Notes under the pieces: model-generated
What the model saw: only the letters and a program-made list of their open reading frames with translations
What the model was told of the DNA's origin: nothing
Database searches by the model: none
NCBI GenBank assembly: GCA_030653255.1
Contig: JAURZS010000019.1
Span: 1 to 56,286, forward strand
Length of the DNA stretch: 56,286 nucleotides
DNA from: Burkholderiaceae bacterium
GTDB lineage: Bacteria; Pseudomonadota; Gammaproteobacteria; Burkholderiales; Burkholderiaceae_C
Direction of reading: 5' to 3'
Program-made: the position numbers and the translations under genes
Shown here: one piece after another, positions 39,796 to 51,236 of the stretch
Layout of the letters: every line of letters begins with the position of its first letter
Position numbering within the stretch: position 1 is the first letter of the stretch

Positions 39796-40217
39796 GCTGT
39801 CCAGGGGGTAGGCTTGGGAATGGCGCACACGGGCTCCACATCGACCGACTTGAAGTCGGCTGGTGACACGATCTCCAGGTATTCCATGTCGGGTGAGTAG
39901 TCGAACAGATAGTGCCGGATGCCGGGGCGTTGGTGCACGCAGTCGCCCGCCTGCACCAGCGTCTCCTGGTCTTCGTACATGAAGCGGGCCCAGCCCTTGA
40001 GCATGATGACAATCTGGAAATCCGCCTCATGCCGGTGCCAGCCCGTGCCTTGTTCCGGTGCCAGGTTCGCCCGGACCAGGTGCGCAATCACCCGTCCCTG
40101 GGTGGCCTGCGCCACGCCCAGGTCGCGATAGAGAAAAAAATCACGCAGTCCTCCGCTGACGTATTCGGTGTCGCCAGGCTTGATGTGGGAAAACTCGGTC
40201 TTGGTACTGTCCAGCAT
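39792..40217 (-). CDS. cupin domain protein
   Basis: GTGWHRHE...GDCVHQRPGIRH two-motif cupin signature. Confidence 0.75.
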   Translation of the reverse strand: MLDSTKTEFSHIKPGDTEYVSGGLRDFFLYRDLGVAQATQGRVIAHLVRANLAPEQGTGWHRHEADFQIVIMLKGWARFMYEDQETLVQAGDCVHQRPGIRHYLFDYSPDMEYLEIVSPADFKSVDVEPVCAIPKPTPWTA

Positions 40218-40364
40218 GGGGCTCTCCTGTTGGGGTGAGAACGGAAATGGTGCGGTGCAACATAAAGCACAATCCGTTCCCGGCCTGGCGGTCTGCCATT
40301 GATGCGGCGCCGGCGCCCTGGGGCACCGCAGGCGATGCGGGGACCGTCGGCGATAATCCGGCGC

Positions 40365-41453
40365 ATGAGCGGCAACACTTTCGGCAACCTATTCGCAGTC
40401 ACCAACTTCGGCGAGTCGCACGGCCCAGCGATCGGCTGCGTGATCGATGGCTGTCCGCCCGGCCTGGCCCTGTCCGAGGCGGACATCCAGCCCGATCTGG
40501 ACCGTCGCCGGCCCGGCACCAGCCGTCATGTCACCCAGCGCAACGAGCCCGACACCGTAGAGATACTGTCCGGTGTGTACGAGGGCCGCACTACCGGCAC
40601 GCCGCTGTGCCTGCTGATCCGCAACACCGACCAGCGCAGCAAGGACTACGGCAACATCGTCCAGACCTTCCGGCCCGGGCACGCTGACTACACGTACTGG
40701 CGCAAGTACGGCCTGCGCGACCCGCGTGGCGGCGGGCGCTCCTCGGCACGCCTGACCGCGCCCATGGTGGCAGCCGGCGCGGTGGCCAAAAAGTGGCTGG
40801 CGCTGCAATACGGCACGGTGTTTCGTGGCTGCATGACGCAGGTCGGCGAAATCGAGATCGGCTTCGAGTCCTGGGATCACGTGGCGCACAACGCCTTTTT
40901 CGCCCCGGTGGCCGATGTCTCGCGGCTGGAGGCCTACATGGATGCCTTGCGCAAGGCCGGCGATTCCTGCGGCGCGCGTATCCGCGTGAGTGCAAGCAAG
41001 GTGCCCGTGGGCCTGGGCGAGCCGCTGTTCGACAAGCTCGATGCCGACATCGCCTACGCGATGATGGGTATCAATGCCGTCAAGGGCGTGGAGATCGGCG
41101 CCGGTTTTGCCAGCGTGACGCAGCGCGGCAGCACGCACGGCGACTCGCTCACGCCGCAAGGCTTTCAGACCAATAACGCCGGCGGCGTGCTGGGGGGCAT
41201 CAGCACCGGGCAGGATCTGGAAGTTGCCATCGCCATCAAGCCGACGAGTTCCATCATCACGCCGCGCGCATCCGTCGATGTGCAGGGCCAGCCCACCGAG
41301 GTCGTGACCAAGGGCCGCCACGACCCCTGCGTGGGCCTGCGCGCCACCCCGATCGCCGAAGCCATGCTGGCCTTGGTGCTGATGGAGCATGCGCTGCGCC
41401 ATCGCGCGCAGTGCGGCGATGTCGCCGATCCGACCCGGGCCTGGTCGCGGTAG
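40365..41453 (+). CDS. aroC: chorismate synthase
   Basis: [50 protein letters not shown]. Confidence 0.96.
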   Translation: MSGNTFGNLFAVTNFGESHGPAIGCVIDGCPPGLALSEADIQPDLDRRRPGTSRHVTQRNEPDTVEILSGVYEGRTTGTPLCLLIRNTDQRSKDYGNIVQTFRPGHADYTYWRKYGLRDPRGGGRSSARLTAPMVAAGAVAKKWLALQYGTVFRGCMTQVGEIEIGFESWDHVAHNAFFAPVADVSRLEAYMDALRKAGDSCGARIRVSASKVPVGLGEPLFDKLDADIAYAMMGINAVKGVEIGAGFASVTQRGSTHGDSLTPQGFQTNNAGGVLGGISTGQDLEVAIAIKPTSSIITPRASVDVQGQPTEVVTKGRHDPCVGLRATPIAEAMLALVLMEHALRHRAQCGDVADPTRAWSR

Positions 41454-41484
41454 GCGAGCCGCCCTCTACACACAAGGAGACTCC

Positions 41485-42510
<1,026 letters not shown>

Positions 42511-42539
42511 TCGACGCCGAGCCCCCGGTCGGCACCGTC

Positions 42540-43775
42540 ATGAGCATCTTCGAAGGCCTTCTGTCCACGCCGCAGGCGGTTCGCGCCTTCGAGCCGGACA
42601 GCTTTGTCGCCGCCATGCTGCGCTTCGAGGCGGCGCTGGCACGGGCGCAGGGCGCCACGGGTCTTATCCCTGCGCCGGCGGCGGCGCTGATCGTGCGGGT
42701 CTGTGCGCCGGCCAACTTCGATGCCGCGCAGATCATGCGTGACAGCGCGCGCGCCGGCAGTGTGGCCATTCCCCTGGTCCAGGCCCTCAAGGCGCAAGTG
42801 GGACGCAGCGACCCGCAGGCCGTGGCCTGGGTCCACTTTGGCAGTACCAGCCAGGACGCAATCGACACGGCAGCGGCCTTGTGCAGTGCGCCGCTGCTGA
42901 GCCAGCTCGAAGGCGACACACGGCAGGCGGCGGGGGTGCTGATCGGGCATGCACAGGCCCACGCGGCCACACCCATGCTGGCGCGTACCTTGATGCAGCC
43001 GGCCTCGGTCACCAGCTTCGGCCTCAAATGCGCCCAATGGGCTGCGCCGCTGGTGCGCAGCCTGCAGCGCCTGGCCGCGTTGCGTGCGGCGGCGCTCGCG
43101 GTGCAGCTTGGCGGCGCTGCGGGCACGCAGGCCCAGCTGCGCGGCCAGGGACCCGATCTGGTGCGCCGCATGGCGCAGGAATTAGGACTTGGCACGCCCG
43201 CAGTCCCCTGGCATACACAGCGCGACGCCTGGGTGGCGCTGGCGTGCGAAATCGGAGTTCTGGTGGGCAGCCTGGGCAAGATCGCCCGCGACCTGTCGCT
43301 GCTGGGCCAGTACGAAGTGGGCGAAGTCACCGAGCCCACCGAGCCGGGGCGGGGCGGCTCATCGGCCATGCCGCACAAGCGCAATCCGGTGGCCTGCATG
43401 GTGGCGCTGGCTGCCGCGCAACGCGCGCCGCACCGTGTGGCGGCCATGCTGGGTGCCATGCCACAGGAACACGAGCGCGGCCTGGGTGGCTGGCAGGCCG
43501 AGCTGGCCGAGTGGTCTGGGCTGCTGATGTCCGCGCATGGCAGCGCCTGCGCCATGGCGCAGGCGCTGCCTGGCCTTCAGGTCGATGTGCAGCGAATGCG
43601 CGCCAACCTCGATCGGCTGGGCGCCGAAGTGCCCCCCGACATACAGCGCGAGTGGTTCGATCCGGTGCTGGCGCAGCCCGCCAGTACCATGGCTGTTTTC
43701 CAGGCCGAGGCACTGGCCCGGCAACTCGATACCATCGACGCCGGTGCCTTGAACAACGAACTGGAGGGGGCATGA
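42540..43775 (+). CDS. pcaB: 3-carboxy-cis,cis-muconate cycloisomerase (fumarate-lyase superfamily)
   Basis: GSTSQD and GSSAMPHKRNP signature motifs; adjacent to an enol-lactonase gene. Confidence 0.8.
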   Translation: MSIFEGLLSTPQAVRAFEPDSFVAAMLRFEAALARAQGATGLIPAPAAALIVRVCAPANFDAAQIMRDSARAGSVAIPLVQALKAQVGRSDPQAVAWVHFGSTSQDAIDTAAALCSAPLLSQLEGDTRQAAGVLIGHAQAHAATPMLARTLMQPASVTSFGLKCAQWAAPLVRSLQRLAALRAAALAVQLGGAAGTQAQLRGQGPDLVRRMAQELGLGTPAVPWHTQRDAWVALACEIGVLVGSLGKIARDLSLLGQYEVGEVTEPTEPGRGGSSAMPHKRNPVACMVALAAAQRAPHRVAAMLGAMPQEHERGLGGWQAELAEWSGLLMSAHGSACAMAQALPGLQVDVQRMRANLDRLGAEVPPDIQREWFDPVLAQPASTMAVFQAEALARQLDTIDAGALNNELEGA

Positions 43776-43931
43776 GCGACGCCTGGGTCGACCGAGCGCA
43801 GGCCTCCGTCTACTGCGGCGTGCCGGTCGGCAAACAGGCCTTTGGCTTCGCAGCAGGCATACTGCGCAAAAAAGGCCTTTTGCCGCTGACGCCATGACCC
43901 TCCATTTTCTGTCCCGATACGCAAGCCACCC

Positions 43932-44699
43932 ATGCCGCAACTGAACTTCATCCAGGAGGGCGCCGGTCCGCTCATCGTTCTCAGCCATGCGCTGGGATGC
44001 GACCTGAGCATGTGGGATTCGGTGGCTGCCCTGCTGCGCGAGCGTCACACCGTGCTGCGCTATGACGCCCGAGGCCATGGAAAATCCGAGCATGTGCCCG
44101 GCCCCTACAGCATGGATGCATTGGCGGATGATGCCGCCGAACTGATCGGGCGCCACGGCAAAGGCCCGGCCAATTTTGTCGGCCTGTCGATGGGCGGCAT
44201 GACGGCGCAATCGCTGGCGGCCAGGTATCCGGCGCTGGTGCAGCGTATCGTGATCGCCAATTCCGCCGCCTGCTACGACGATGCTGCACGCGTCGGCTGG
44301 GATGCGCGCATTGCCACCGTGCGCGCACAAGGCATGAGCGCGGTGTCTGAAGGCGCGATGCAACGCTGGTTCACGCCCCGGTTTCGCGCCGACGAGCGCG
44401 GTGCGGCCTGTGTAGCGATGCGGCGCGCACAGCTGGAGCGTTGCGATCCGGCCAGTTACGTGGCCAGTTGTGTCGCAGTGCGCAATATCGATTACCGGCA
44501 GAGCAACCCCCGCATCGCTTGTCCCACGCTGGTCATTGCCGGCAAGTGGGACGAGGCCACGCCGCCGGCCTGGTCCGAGTCCATTGCGCAGAGCATTCCA
44601 GGCGCGCGACTGCGCACGATCGAAGCCTCCCACCTCAGTGCCATCGAGCAGCCGGCGGAGTTCGCCGTGCTGGTGGCCGAATTCATCGAAACATCATGA
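43932..44699 (+). CDS. pcaD: 3-oxoadipate enol-lactonase (alpha/beta hydrolase)
   Basis: GPLIVLSHALGCDLSMWD, nucleophile elbow GLSMGG, and C-terminal H (ASHLS). Confidence 0.75.
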   Translation: MPQLNFIQEGAGPLIVLSHALGCDLSMWDSVAALLRERHTVLRYDARGHGKSEHVPGPYSMDALADDAAELIGRHGKGPANFVGLSMGGMTAQSLAARYPALVQRIVIANSAACYDDAARVGWDARIATVRAQGMSAVSEGAMQRWFTPRFRADERGAACVAMRRAQLERCDPASYVASCVAVRNIDYRQSNPRIACPTLVIAGKWDEATPPAWSESIAQSIPGARLRTIEASHLSAIEQPAEFAVLVAEFIETS

Positions 44700-45148
44700 A
44701 AACACTGCTTGTCCTCAACGGCCCCAATCTCAATCTGCTGGGCACGCGCGAGCCCCAGGTCTATGGCACGCAGACGCTGGCCGATGTCGAGTCCCTGTGC
44801 CTCAAGGCCTGTGCCGCGCACGGCCTGAAGCTCGATTTCCGGCAGAGCAACCACGAAGGCGAGCTCGTCGAATACCTGCACGAGGCCGGGCGCGCCCAGT
44901 CCGCAGGCACGCTGCTCGGCGTGGTGTTGAATGCCGGCGCCTACACCCACACCAGTGTTGCGCTGCACGATGCCATCAAGGGCGCGGGCGTGACCGTCAT
45001 CGAATTGCACATCTCCAATGTGCACGCGCGCGAGCCTTTCCGTCACCACTCCTACATCTCGCCGGTGGCCAGGGCGGTAATGGCCGGTTTTGGCGTGCAG
45101 GGCTATGCGCTGGCCATTGACGGGCTGGTTGCGATGGCTGCGGCCTGA
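44696..45148 (+). CDS. aroQ: type II 3-dehydroquinate dehydratase
   Basis: MKTLLVLNGPNLNLLGTREPQVYG, FRQSNHEGELV, NAGAYTHTSVALHDA, ELHISNVHAREPFRHHSY. Confidence 0.95.
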   Translation: MKTLLVLNGPNLNLLGTREPQVYGTQTLADVESLCLKACAAHGLKLDFRQSNHEGELVEYLHEAGRAQSAGTLLGVVLNAGAYTHTSVALHDAIKGAGVTVIELHISNVHAREPFRHHSYISPVARAVMAGFGVQGYALAIDGLVAMAAA

Positions 45149-45151
45149 AGC

Positions 45152-45550
45152 ATGCGCGTCAAGATCGACGAAGGGCAGGTCGAATTCAGCGCCATCCGCG
45201 CGCAGGGCGCGGGCGGACAGAATGTCAACAAGGTCTCCAGCGCGATCCATCTGCGCTACAACATTCCCGCGTCGAGCCTGCCGCCTGAGGTCAAGGAGCG
45301 CCTGTTGGCGCTGAACGACCGGCGCATCACCCAGGATGGCGTGCTGGTGCTCAAGGCGCAGAGCCACCGCACCCGCGAGATGAACCGCGCCGACGCCTTG
45401 CAGCGGCTGCGCGAGCTGGTCGAGCGCGCTGCGCAGCCGCCCAAGCCGCGCCGGGCCACGCGCCCGACCAAGGCCTCGCGCGAGCGCCGACTCGACGACA
45501 AAGGCCAGCGCGCGCAGATCAAGCTGGGACGCGGCAAGAACTGGGATTAG
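45152..45550 (+). CDS. arfB: alternative ribosome-rescue factor ArfB (peptidyl-tRNA hydrolase, GGQ)
   Basis: RAQGAGGQNVNKVSSAIHLRY and a basic C-terminal tail (KPRRATRPTKASRERRLDDK). Confidence 0.88.
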   Translation: MRVKIDEGQVEFSAIRAQGAGGQNVNKVSSAIHLRYNIPASSLPPEVKERLLALNDRRITQDGVLVLKAQSHRTREMNRADALQRLRELVERAAQPPKPRRATRPTKASRERRLDDKGQRAQIKLGRGKNWD

Positions 45551-45657
45551 GGCCGGGATCGGTTTGCGTTGGCGGCCGTTGTGGCGACAGCAAAATCAGG
45601 CGTCTGTCAACCCTGTTTTTTTGCCGGGCAGGGCGCTGATTTTTCTACAATGGCTGC

Positions 45658-48600
45658 ATGTTTGTTCATCTGCGTCTGCATTCCGAATTCTCCGTTGTCG
45701 ACGGCACCAATCGCATCGATGACGTCGTGGCCGCAGCGTCGGCCGACGGCCAGCCGGCGCTGGCCATCACCGACCTCAACAACCTGTTCGGCGCCGTCAA
45801 GTTCTACAAGGCCTGCAACGCCCAGGGGGTCAAGCCGCTGATCGGCGCGGAGCTTTTTCTTGAAGGTCTGGGCAAGGACGTGCAGGCGCTCTCGCGGGTG
45901 CTGGTGCTGGTACAGAACCGGCGCGGCTACCTCAACCTGTGCGAGCTGCTGGCGCGCAGCTGGACCCAGAACACCGTCAAGGCGCAGGCCGTGGCGCGTC
46001 TGGCCTGGCTGGAAGAGCTCGGCGAGGGACTGATTCTGTTGTCGGGCGCGCAGGCGGGCCCGGTGGGCCAGGCCCTGGTGCAGGGCGATGTCGAACGCGC
46101 AGCAGAGCTGGCCCTGAAGCTCGCGTCGATCTTTCCGCATCGCTTCTATCTGGAACTGCAGCGCGCGGGCCGCCCCGAGGACGAAGCCCATGTCGTGGCT
46201 GCAGTGCAATTGGCCGCACGCATGAAGCTGCCCGTGGTCGCAACGCATCCTGTGCAGTTCACCCAGGCGGACGATTACGAGGCCCATGAGGCCCGCGTGT
46301 GCATCTCCGAGGGGGAAATCCTCGGCAATCAGCGTCGTGTGCGGCGTTTCACGCGCGAGCAGTATTTCAAGTCCGCCGAGCAGATGTCTGCGCTGTTTGC
46401 CGATGTGCCTTCGGCGCTGGCCAATGCGCAGGAAATCGCCCGGCGTTGCAACCTCACGGGCCTGCTGGGCAAGCCCATGCTGCCGGAGTTTCCGACACCC
46501 GAGGTCGATGGCCGCCGCATGTCGCCCGAAGAGTATTTCCGCCACGCCTCCCACGAGGGCCTGAAGGCCCGGCTGGTGCCTCTGTATCCTGACGAGGCCG
46601 CGCGCGAGGCCCAGCGCGCGCGCTATGTGCAGCGCCTGGAGTTCGAGATCGAGACCATCCTCAAGATGGGTTTCCCGGGCTATTTCCTGATCGTGGGCGA
46701 CTTCATCAACTGGGCCAAGAACAATGGCTGCCCGGTCGGGCCGGGCCGGGGCTCGGGCGCCGGCTCCCTGGTGGCCTATGCGCTGAACATCACCGACCTT
46801 GATCCGCTGCGCTACAACCTGCTGTTCGAGCGCTTCCTGAATCCGGAGCGGGTGTCCATGCCCGACTTCGATATCGATTTCTGCCAGGGCAATCGCGACC
46901 GCGTCATCGACTATGTCAAGCTCAAGTATGGCAAGGATGCGGTGAGCCAGATCGCCACCTTCGGCACCATGGCGGCGCGCGCTGCCATCCGCGACGTGGG
47001 CCGGGTGCTCGACATGAGCTACACCTTTTGCGACGGCATCAGCAAGCTGGTGCCCAACAAGCCGGGCACGCATATCACCATCGATGGCGCGATCAAGGCC
47101 GAGCCCCTGCTGGCCGAGCGCCTTGAGAAGGAAGACGAAGTCAAGACCCTGCTGGCGCTGGCGCAAAAGCTCGAAGGCCTGACGCGCAACGTCGGCATGC
47201 ACGCCGGCGGCGTGCTGATCGCGCCGGGCAAACTCACCGACTTCTGCCCGCTCTATCAGCAGCCGGGCAGCACTTCGGCCGTGAGCCAGTACGACAAGGA
47301 CGATGTGGAGGCCATCGGCCTGGTCAAGTTCGACTTTCTGGGGCTTGCCACGCTGACCATCCTGGAGATCGCCCGGGAATTCATACGCACGCGCCACGCT
47401 GGCCGCGAGAACTTCCGCTTCGAAGACCTGCCCATCGACGACGCGGCCACCTACCGCCTGTTTGCCGAAGCCAAGACCGAGGCCGTGTTCCAGTTTGAAA
47501 GCCGCGGCATGCAGGCCATGCTGCGCGATGCGCGCCCCACGCGCCTCGAAGACCTGATTGCGATGAACGCGCTGTACCGGCCGGGCCCCATGGACCTGAT
47601 CCCGACCTACATCGCGCGCAAGGCGGGCAAGGAGCCGGTGGTTTATCCCGATCCCCGCGTGGAGTCGATTCTGTCCGAGACCTACGGGGTCATGGTCTAC
47701 CAGGAACAGGTGATGCAGATGGCGCAGATCCTGGGCGGCTATTCGCTCGGCGGCGCCGACCTGCTGCGCCGCGCCATGGGCAAGAAAAAGGCCGAGGAGA
47801 TGGCCGAACACCGGCAGATTTTTCGCGAGGGCGCTGCCAGGAACGGACTGGACGAAGCCCGTGCCGACGAGATCTTCGACCTGATGGAGAAGTTCGCGGG
47901 CTACGGTTTCAACAAGTCGCACTCGGCGGCGTATGCCTTGCTTGCGTACCACACCGGCTGGCTCAAGGTCCATTACACGGCGGAGTTCTACTGCGCCAAC
48001 ATGACCGTCGAAATGGGCGATACCGACAAGCTCAGGATCCTGTTCGAGGATGCACTCAAGATGGGCATGGGCTTCGAGCCGCCCGATGTCAACCGGGGGG
48101 TGCATCGCTTCGAGCCGGTGTCGGACAAGATCATCCGATATGGCCTGGGCGCGGTCAAAGGCACGGGCCAGCAGGCGATTGACGCCATTGTGGCGGCGCG
48201 CAGCGAGGGCGGCGCCTTCAAGAGCCTGTTCGACTTTTGCATGCGCGTGGACCGCACCCGGGTCAACAAGCGCACTGTCGAGGCCCTGATCAAGGCCGGC
48301 GCCTTCGATTCATTGCAGCTCAACCGCGCGTCCATGCTCGCCTCGGTGGACCGCGCCTTCGACTTCGCCAATGCCGCCGAAGCGAATGCCAACCAGACCG
48401 GCTTGTTCGACATGATGGATTCGCATGCGGCCAGCACCCAGGAGCCGGAGCTGGTCGCTGCCACCCCCTGGGGCATCAAGGAGCGCTTGAGCCTGGAGAA
48501 GACTGCCATCGGCTTTTACCTTTCGGGACACCTGTTCGACGAGGTCGAGCGTGAGGTGCGTCAGTTCGCCAGGCGCAGCATCGACGAGTTGCTCGACTCG

Positions 48601-49125
48601 CGCGAGCCGCAACTCCTCGCGGGCATTGTGAGCGATTTCCGGGTCATCAACGGCAACCGGGGCAAGCTGGCGCTGTTCAAGCTTGATGACAAGACCGGCG
48701 CCATCGAGGCGACCGTCGACGAGGCCTTGCTCAACGCGAACAAATCCCTGCTCAAGGACGACGAACTCGTCATCGTGATGGGCAAGGTGCAGCCCGATCG
48801 CTTCACCGGCGGCACGCGCCTGAATATCAACCAGATATGGGACCTGGCCTCGGCGCGCTGCCGCTTCGGCAAGTATCTGCGCGTTGCCGTCAATGGCAAG
48901 GCGCCCGACATTCTCCGCCTGGTCAAGGAGTTTCCCCCGAAGCGCGAACTGTCCGAGCAGGGAGAACTGGTGCGCGGACTGACCGTGCGCCTGCGGCTGG
49001 CGCGCGAGCAGGTGGAGGCAGAGCTGCAGCTTGGCGAGGAAGCCCGCTTCTTTCCGAGCGATGCGGCACTGGCCAGCTGGATGGCGCAGGCCGACCGGGG
49101 CGCCGCGCAAGTGGTCTACGAATAA
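45658..49125 (+). CDS. dnaE: DNA polymerase III alpha subunit
   Basis: 1155 aa. PHP domain MFVHLRLHSEFSVVDG, PDFDIDF, GLVKFDFLGL, FNKSHSAAYA. Confidence 0.98.
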   Translation: MFVHLRLHSEFSVVDGTNRIDDVVAAASADGQPALAITDLNNLFGAVKFYKACNAQGVKPLIGAELFLEGLGKDVQALSRVLVLVQNRRGYLNLCELLARSWTQNTVKAQAVARLAWLEELGEGLILLSGAQAGPVGQALVQGDVERAAELALKLASIFPHRFYLELQRAGRPEDEAHVVAAVQLAARMKLPVVATHPVQFTQADDYEAHEARVCISEGEILGNQRRVRRFTREQYFKSAEQMSALFADVPSALANAQEIARRCNLTGLLGKPMLPEFPTPEVDGRRMSPEEYFRHASHEGLKARLVPLYPDEAAREAQRARYVQRLEFEIETILKMGFPGYFLIVGDFINWAKNNGCPVGPGRGSGAGSLVAYALNITDLDPLRYNLLFERFLNPERVSMPDFDIDFCQGNRDRVIDYVKLKYGKDAVSQIATFGTMAARAAIRDVGRVLDMSYTFCDGISKLVPNKPGTHITIDGAIKAEPLLAERLEKEDEVKTLLALAQKLEGLTRNVGMHAGGVLIAPGKLTDFCPLYQQPGSTSAVSQYDKDDVEAIGLVKFDFLGLATLTILEIAREFIRTRHAGRENFRFEDLPIDDAATYRLFAEAKTEAVFQFESRGMQAMLRDARPTRLEDLIAMNALYRPGPMDLIPTYIARKAGKEPVVYPDPRVESILSETYGVMVYQEQVMQMAQILGGYSLGGADLLRRAMGKKKAEEMAEHRQIFREGAARNGLDEARADEIFDLMEKFAGYGFNKSHSAAYALLAYHTGWLKVHYTAEFYCANMTVEMGDTDKLRILFEDALKMGMGFEPPDVNRGVHRFEPVSDKIIRYGLGAVKGTGQQAIDAIVAARSEGGAFKSLFDFCMRVDRTRVNKRTVEALIKAGAFDSLQLNRASMLASVDRAFDFANAAEANANQTGLFDMMDSHAASTQEPELVAATPWGIKERLSLEKTAIGFYLSGHLFDEVEREVRQFARRSIDELLDSREPQLLAGIVSDFRVINGNRGKLALFKLDDKTGAIEATVDEALLNANKSLLKDDELVIVMGKVQPDRFTGGTRLNINQIWDLASARCRFGKYLRVAVNGKAPDILRLVKEFPPKRELSEQGELVRGLTVRLRLAREQVEAELQLGEEARFFPSDAALASWMAQADRGAAQVVYE

Positions 49126-49143
49126 ACCGCGCAGCCTGGCCGC

Positions 49144-50031
49144 TCAATCCTTGGGACGGAAGCTGATCAACAGCGGCGAGATCACGCGCCCGTCGGTGTC
49201 GCGTGGCAGCACGGCGGTTTTCTCCAGGGCCTTCAGCACGGCATCGTCCCAGGCCTTGACACCGCTCGACTTGAGCAGGCGCATGCCGGTGATGGTGCCG
49301 TCGCTTGCGCAACGGACTTCCACCTCTGCCGCCGGATTGCCGGCCACATCGGCGCTGAACACGATGTTGGGCCGAACCGCTGCACGGATGCGTCCGCCGT
49401 AGCTGGCCGAAGGCCCCGAAGCCTTTGGCGCATCGCCTTTTGCGTTCTCGCGGCCGGTGGCGCCTGCCATGCCCGCCATACGCATCAGGTTCTGCTGCCG
49501 CTGCACTTCGAGCTTGCGGGCGTCCTCCTGTTCGCGGGCCAGCTCCTTCGCGATGGCTTCCTGCTTCTTCCTGGCATCGGCCAGGCGGCGGGCATCGGTG
49601 GCCTTCTTCGCGTCGGCCAGCTTCTTGTCATTCAGCCGCTTTTGCTCGGCGCGGCTGCGGTCCTGCTTGTCTTTCAGCGCGCGGGCTTCTGCGTCCAGCC
49701 GGGCCTGCTCGCGCTTTCGCTTTTCACGTTCCAGGGCGATGTCAGCCTGCGTGGGTGCGGGTGGCGGCTCGGGGGCCGCTGCGGCCGGAGGCTCCGGCGC
49801 AGGTGGCGCAGGCGGGGGCTCGACCGCAGCGGGTGCGGCCTCCCGGGACACTGCCGACCAGAGTTCAGCTTCTACCGTGCGGTCTTCGGACTGGCGCTTC
49901 CACTGGACACCCCAGGTCAGCGCGGCCAGCAGCACCAGGTGGGCGAGCAAGGCGAAGGCCAGCGCGCGGGCGGTGCCGCCGTGCGGTGGCGGCGCGAACT
50001 CCAGACGATGGGCAACGGCCTGCTGGGGCAT
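49144..50031 (-). CDS. tolA: cell envelope integrity protein TolA
   Basis: N-terminal TM, Pro/Ala-rich then Lys/Glu/Ala-rich helical region, C-terminal TolA/TonB-like domain. Follows tolQ-tolR. Confidence 0.8.
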   Translation of the reverse strand: MPQQAVAHRLEFAPPPHGGTARALAFALLAHLVLLAALTWGVQWKRQSEDRTVEAELWSAVSREAAPAAVEPPPAPPAPEPPAAAAPEPPPAPTQADIALEREKRKREQARLDAEARALKDKQDRSRAEQKRLNDKKLADAKKATDARRLADARKKQEAIAKELAREQEDARKLEVQRQQNLMRMAGMAGATGRENAKGDAPKASGPSASYGGRIRAAVRPNIVFSADVAGNPAAEVEVRCASDGTITGMRLLKSSGVKAWDDAVLKALEKTAVLPRDTDGRVISPLLISFRPKD

Positions 50032-50037
50032 GGTGCT

Positions 50038-50457
50038 TCAGTTGGCCAGCTGCACCGACAGGCCCACGCGCTGGATCCCGGCGCGCTGCAAGGTGTCCAT
50101 GACCTTGACCACGCTTTCGTATTTGACGCTGCGGTCCGCGCTGATCACGACGGCGGTGTCCCGTGCCTCGCCCTGTATCCGGCGCACGGCGGCGGTCAGG
50201 TCCTTGAGCGTGGTCGGCGCGGCGCGGTCAGCGTCCTTGATCTGCAAAATCTCGTCCTTGCCGATGATGATCTGCACCACCCGGTCGGGCTGCTTGGCGG
50301 CTTTGCCGATGCTGGGCAGATCGATCAGGCTGGGTGTGATCAGGGGAGCTGTCACCATGAAGATGATCAGCAGCACCAGCATCACGTCGATGAAGGGCAC
50401 CATGTTGATCTCGTTGATGGTGCGCCGGCCGCGGCCACGTGAAACCATGGAGGGCAT
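50038..50457 (-). CDS. tolR: biopolymer transport protein TolR (ExbD family)
   Basis: INEINMVPFIDVMLVLLIIFMV; start MPSMVSRGRG chosen inside the longer ORF. Confidence 0.85.
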   Translation of the reverse strand: MPSMVSRGRGRRTINEINMVPFIDVMLVLLIIFMVTAPLITPSLIDLPSIGKAAKQPDRVVQIIIGKDEILQIKDADRAAPTTLKDLTAAVRRIQGEARDTAVVISADRSVKYESVVKVMDTLQRAGIQRVGLSVQLAN

Positions 50458-50470
50458 GGGCGACTCCTGT

Positions 50471-51163
50471 TCAGTGGCCCGAGGCCGATTGCGCGCCCAG
50501 GTTGCGCTGAAGAATGTTGGAAAACTCTTCGATGAAGGTCTCCAGCTGGATGGCCACGCGGTCGATGTCGCGCGCAAAATTGTTGTAGGCCACGACGGCC
50601 GGGATGGCCGCGAACAGGCCGATGGCGGTGGCCACCAGCGCTTCGGCGATACCGGGCGCGACGGTGGACAGCGTTACCTGCTGCAGGCTGGCGAGCCCGG
50701 TGAAGGCATGCATGATGCCCCACACGGTGCCGAACAGCCCCACATAGGGCGACACCGAACCGACCGAGGCCAGAAAAGACAGGTTCGACTCGGCCACATC
50801 CATTTCACGCTGGAAACTCGCGCGCATGGCGCGGCGCGCGCCGTCCATCAAGGTGCCGGCATCGGTGATGCGCCGTTCACGCAGCTTCTGGAACTCGCGC
50901 ATGCCGCTGGCGAAGATGCGCTCCATGGGGCCGGCCGTGCGCGCGTTCTTGGTCGCGGAGCCGAACAGGTCGTTCAGGCTGGTGCCGGACCAGAATTCCT
51001 TTTCGAAATTGTCATTGAGCGCACGGATGCGCTTGATGGCGAAGAGCTTGCGGAAGATGGCGGCCCAGCTTGCAACCGACACGCATGCGAGCAGCAGCAT
51101 GACGGCCTGGACGACCCAGCTGGCATGGAGCACCAGGTTCAGAATCGACAGGTCTTGGTTCAT
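50471..51163 (-). CDS. tolQ: proton channel protein TolQ (MotA/ExbB family)
   Basis: MNQDLSILNLVLHASWVVQAVM...SPYVGLFGTVWGIM...VAPGIAEALVATAIGL. Confidence 0.88.
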   Translation of the reverse strand: MNQDLSILNLVLHASWVVQAVMLLLACVSVASWAAIFRKLFAIKRIRALNDNFEKEFWSGTSLNDLFGSATKNARTAGPMERIFASGMREFQKLRERRITDAGTLMDGARRAMRASFQREMDVAESNLSFLASVGSVSPYVGLFGTVWGIMHAFTGLASLQQVTLSTVAPGIAEALVATAIGLFAAIPAVVAYNNFARDIDRVAIQLETFIEEFSNILQRNLGAQSASGH

Positions 51164-51236
51164 GGATGGAGGCTTTCGGAGTATTCGCAAAAAGACAGTG
51201 GGATGGCGCCGGTCTGGAGTCCGTTGGGGGGGCGCC

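Noticed and set aside
43772-43897. 41-codon ORF (MSDAWVDRAQASVYCGVPVGKQ...) in the pcaB-pcaD spacer, with its ATG overlapping the pcaB stop.
   Set aside because: It has no recognisable family and is far too short for pcaC. It is not supportable as a gene from sequence alone, so it is mentioned only within the pca finding.
49480-49860. Repetitive Lys/Glu/Ala/Arg and Pro/Ala tracts that could look like tandem DNA repeats.
   Set aside because: They correspond to the normal TolA domain II helical and Pro-rich linker composition, not a structured DNA repeat array.
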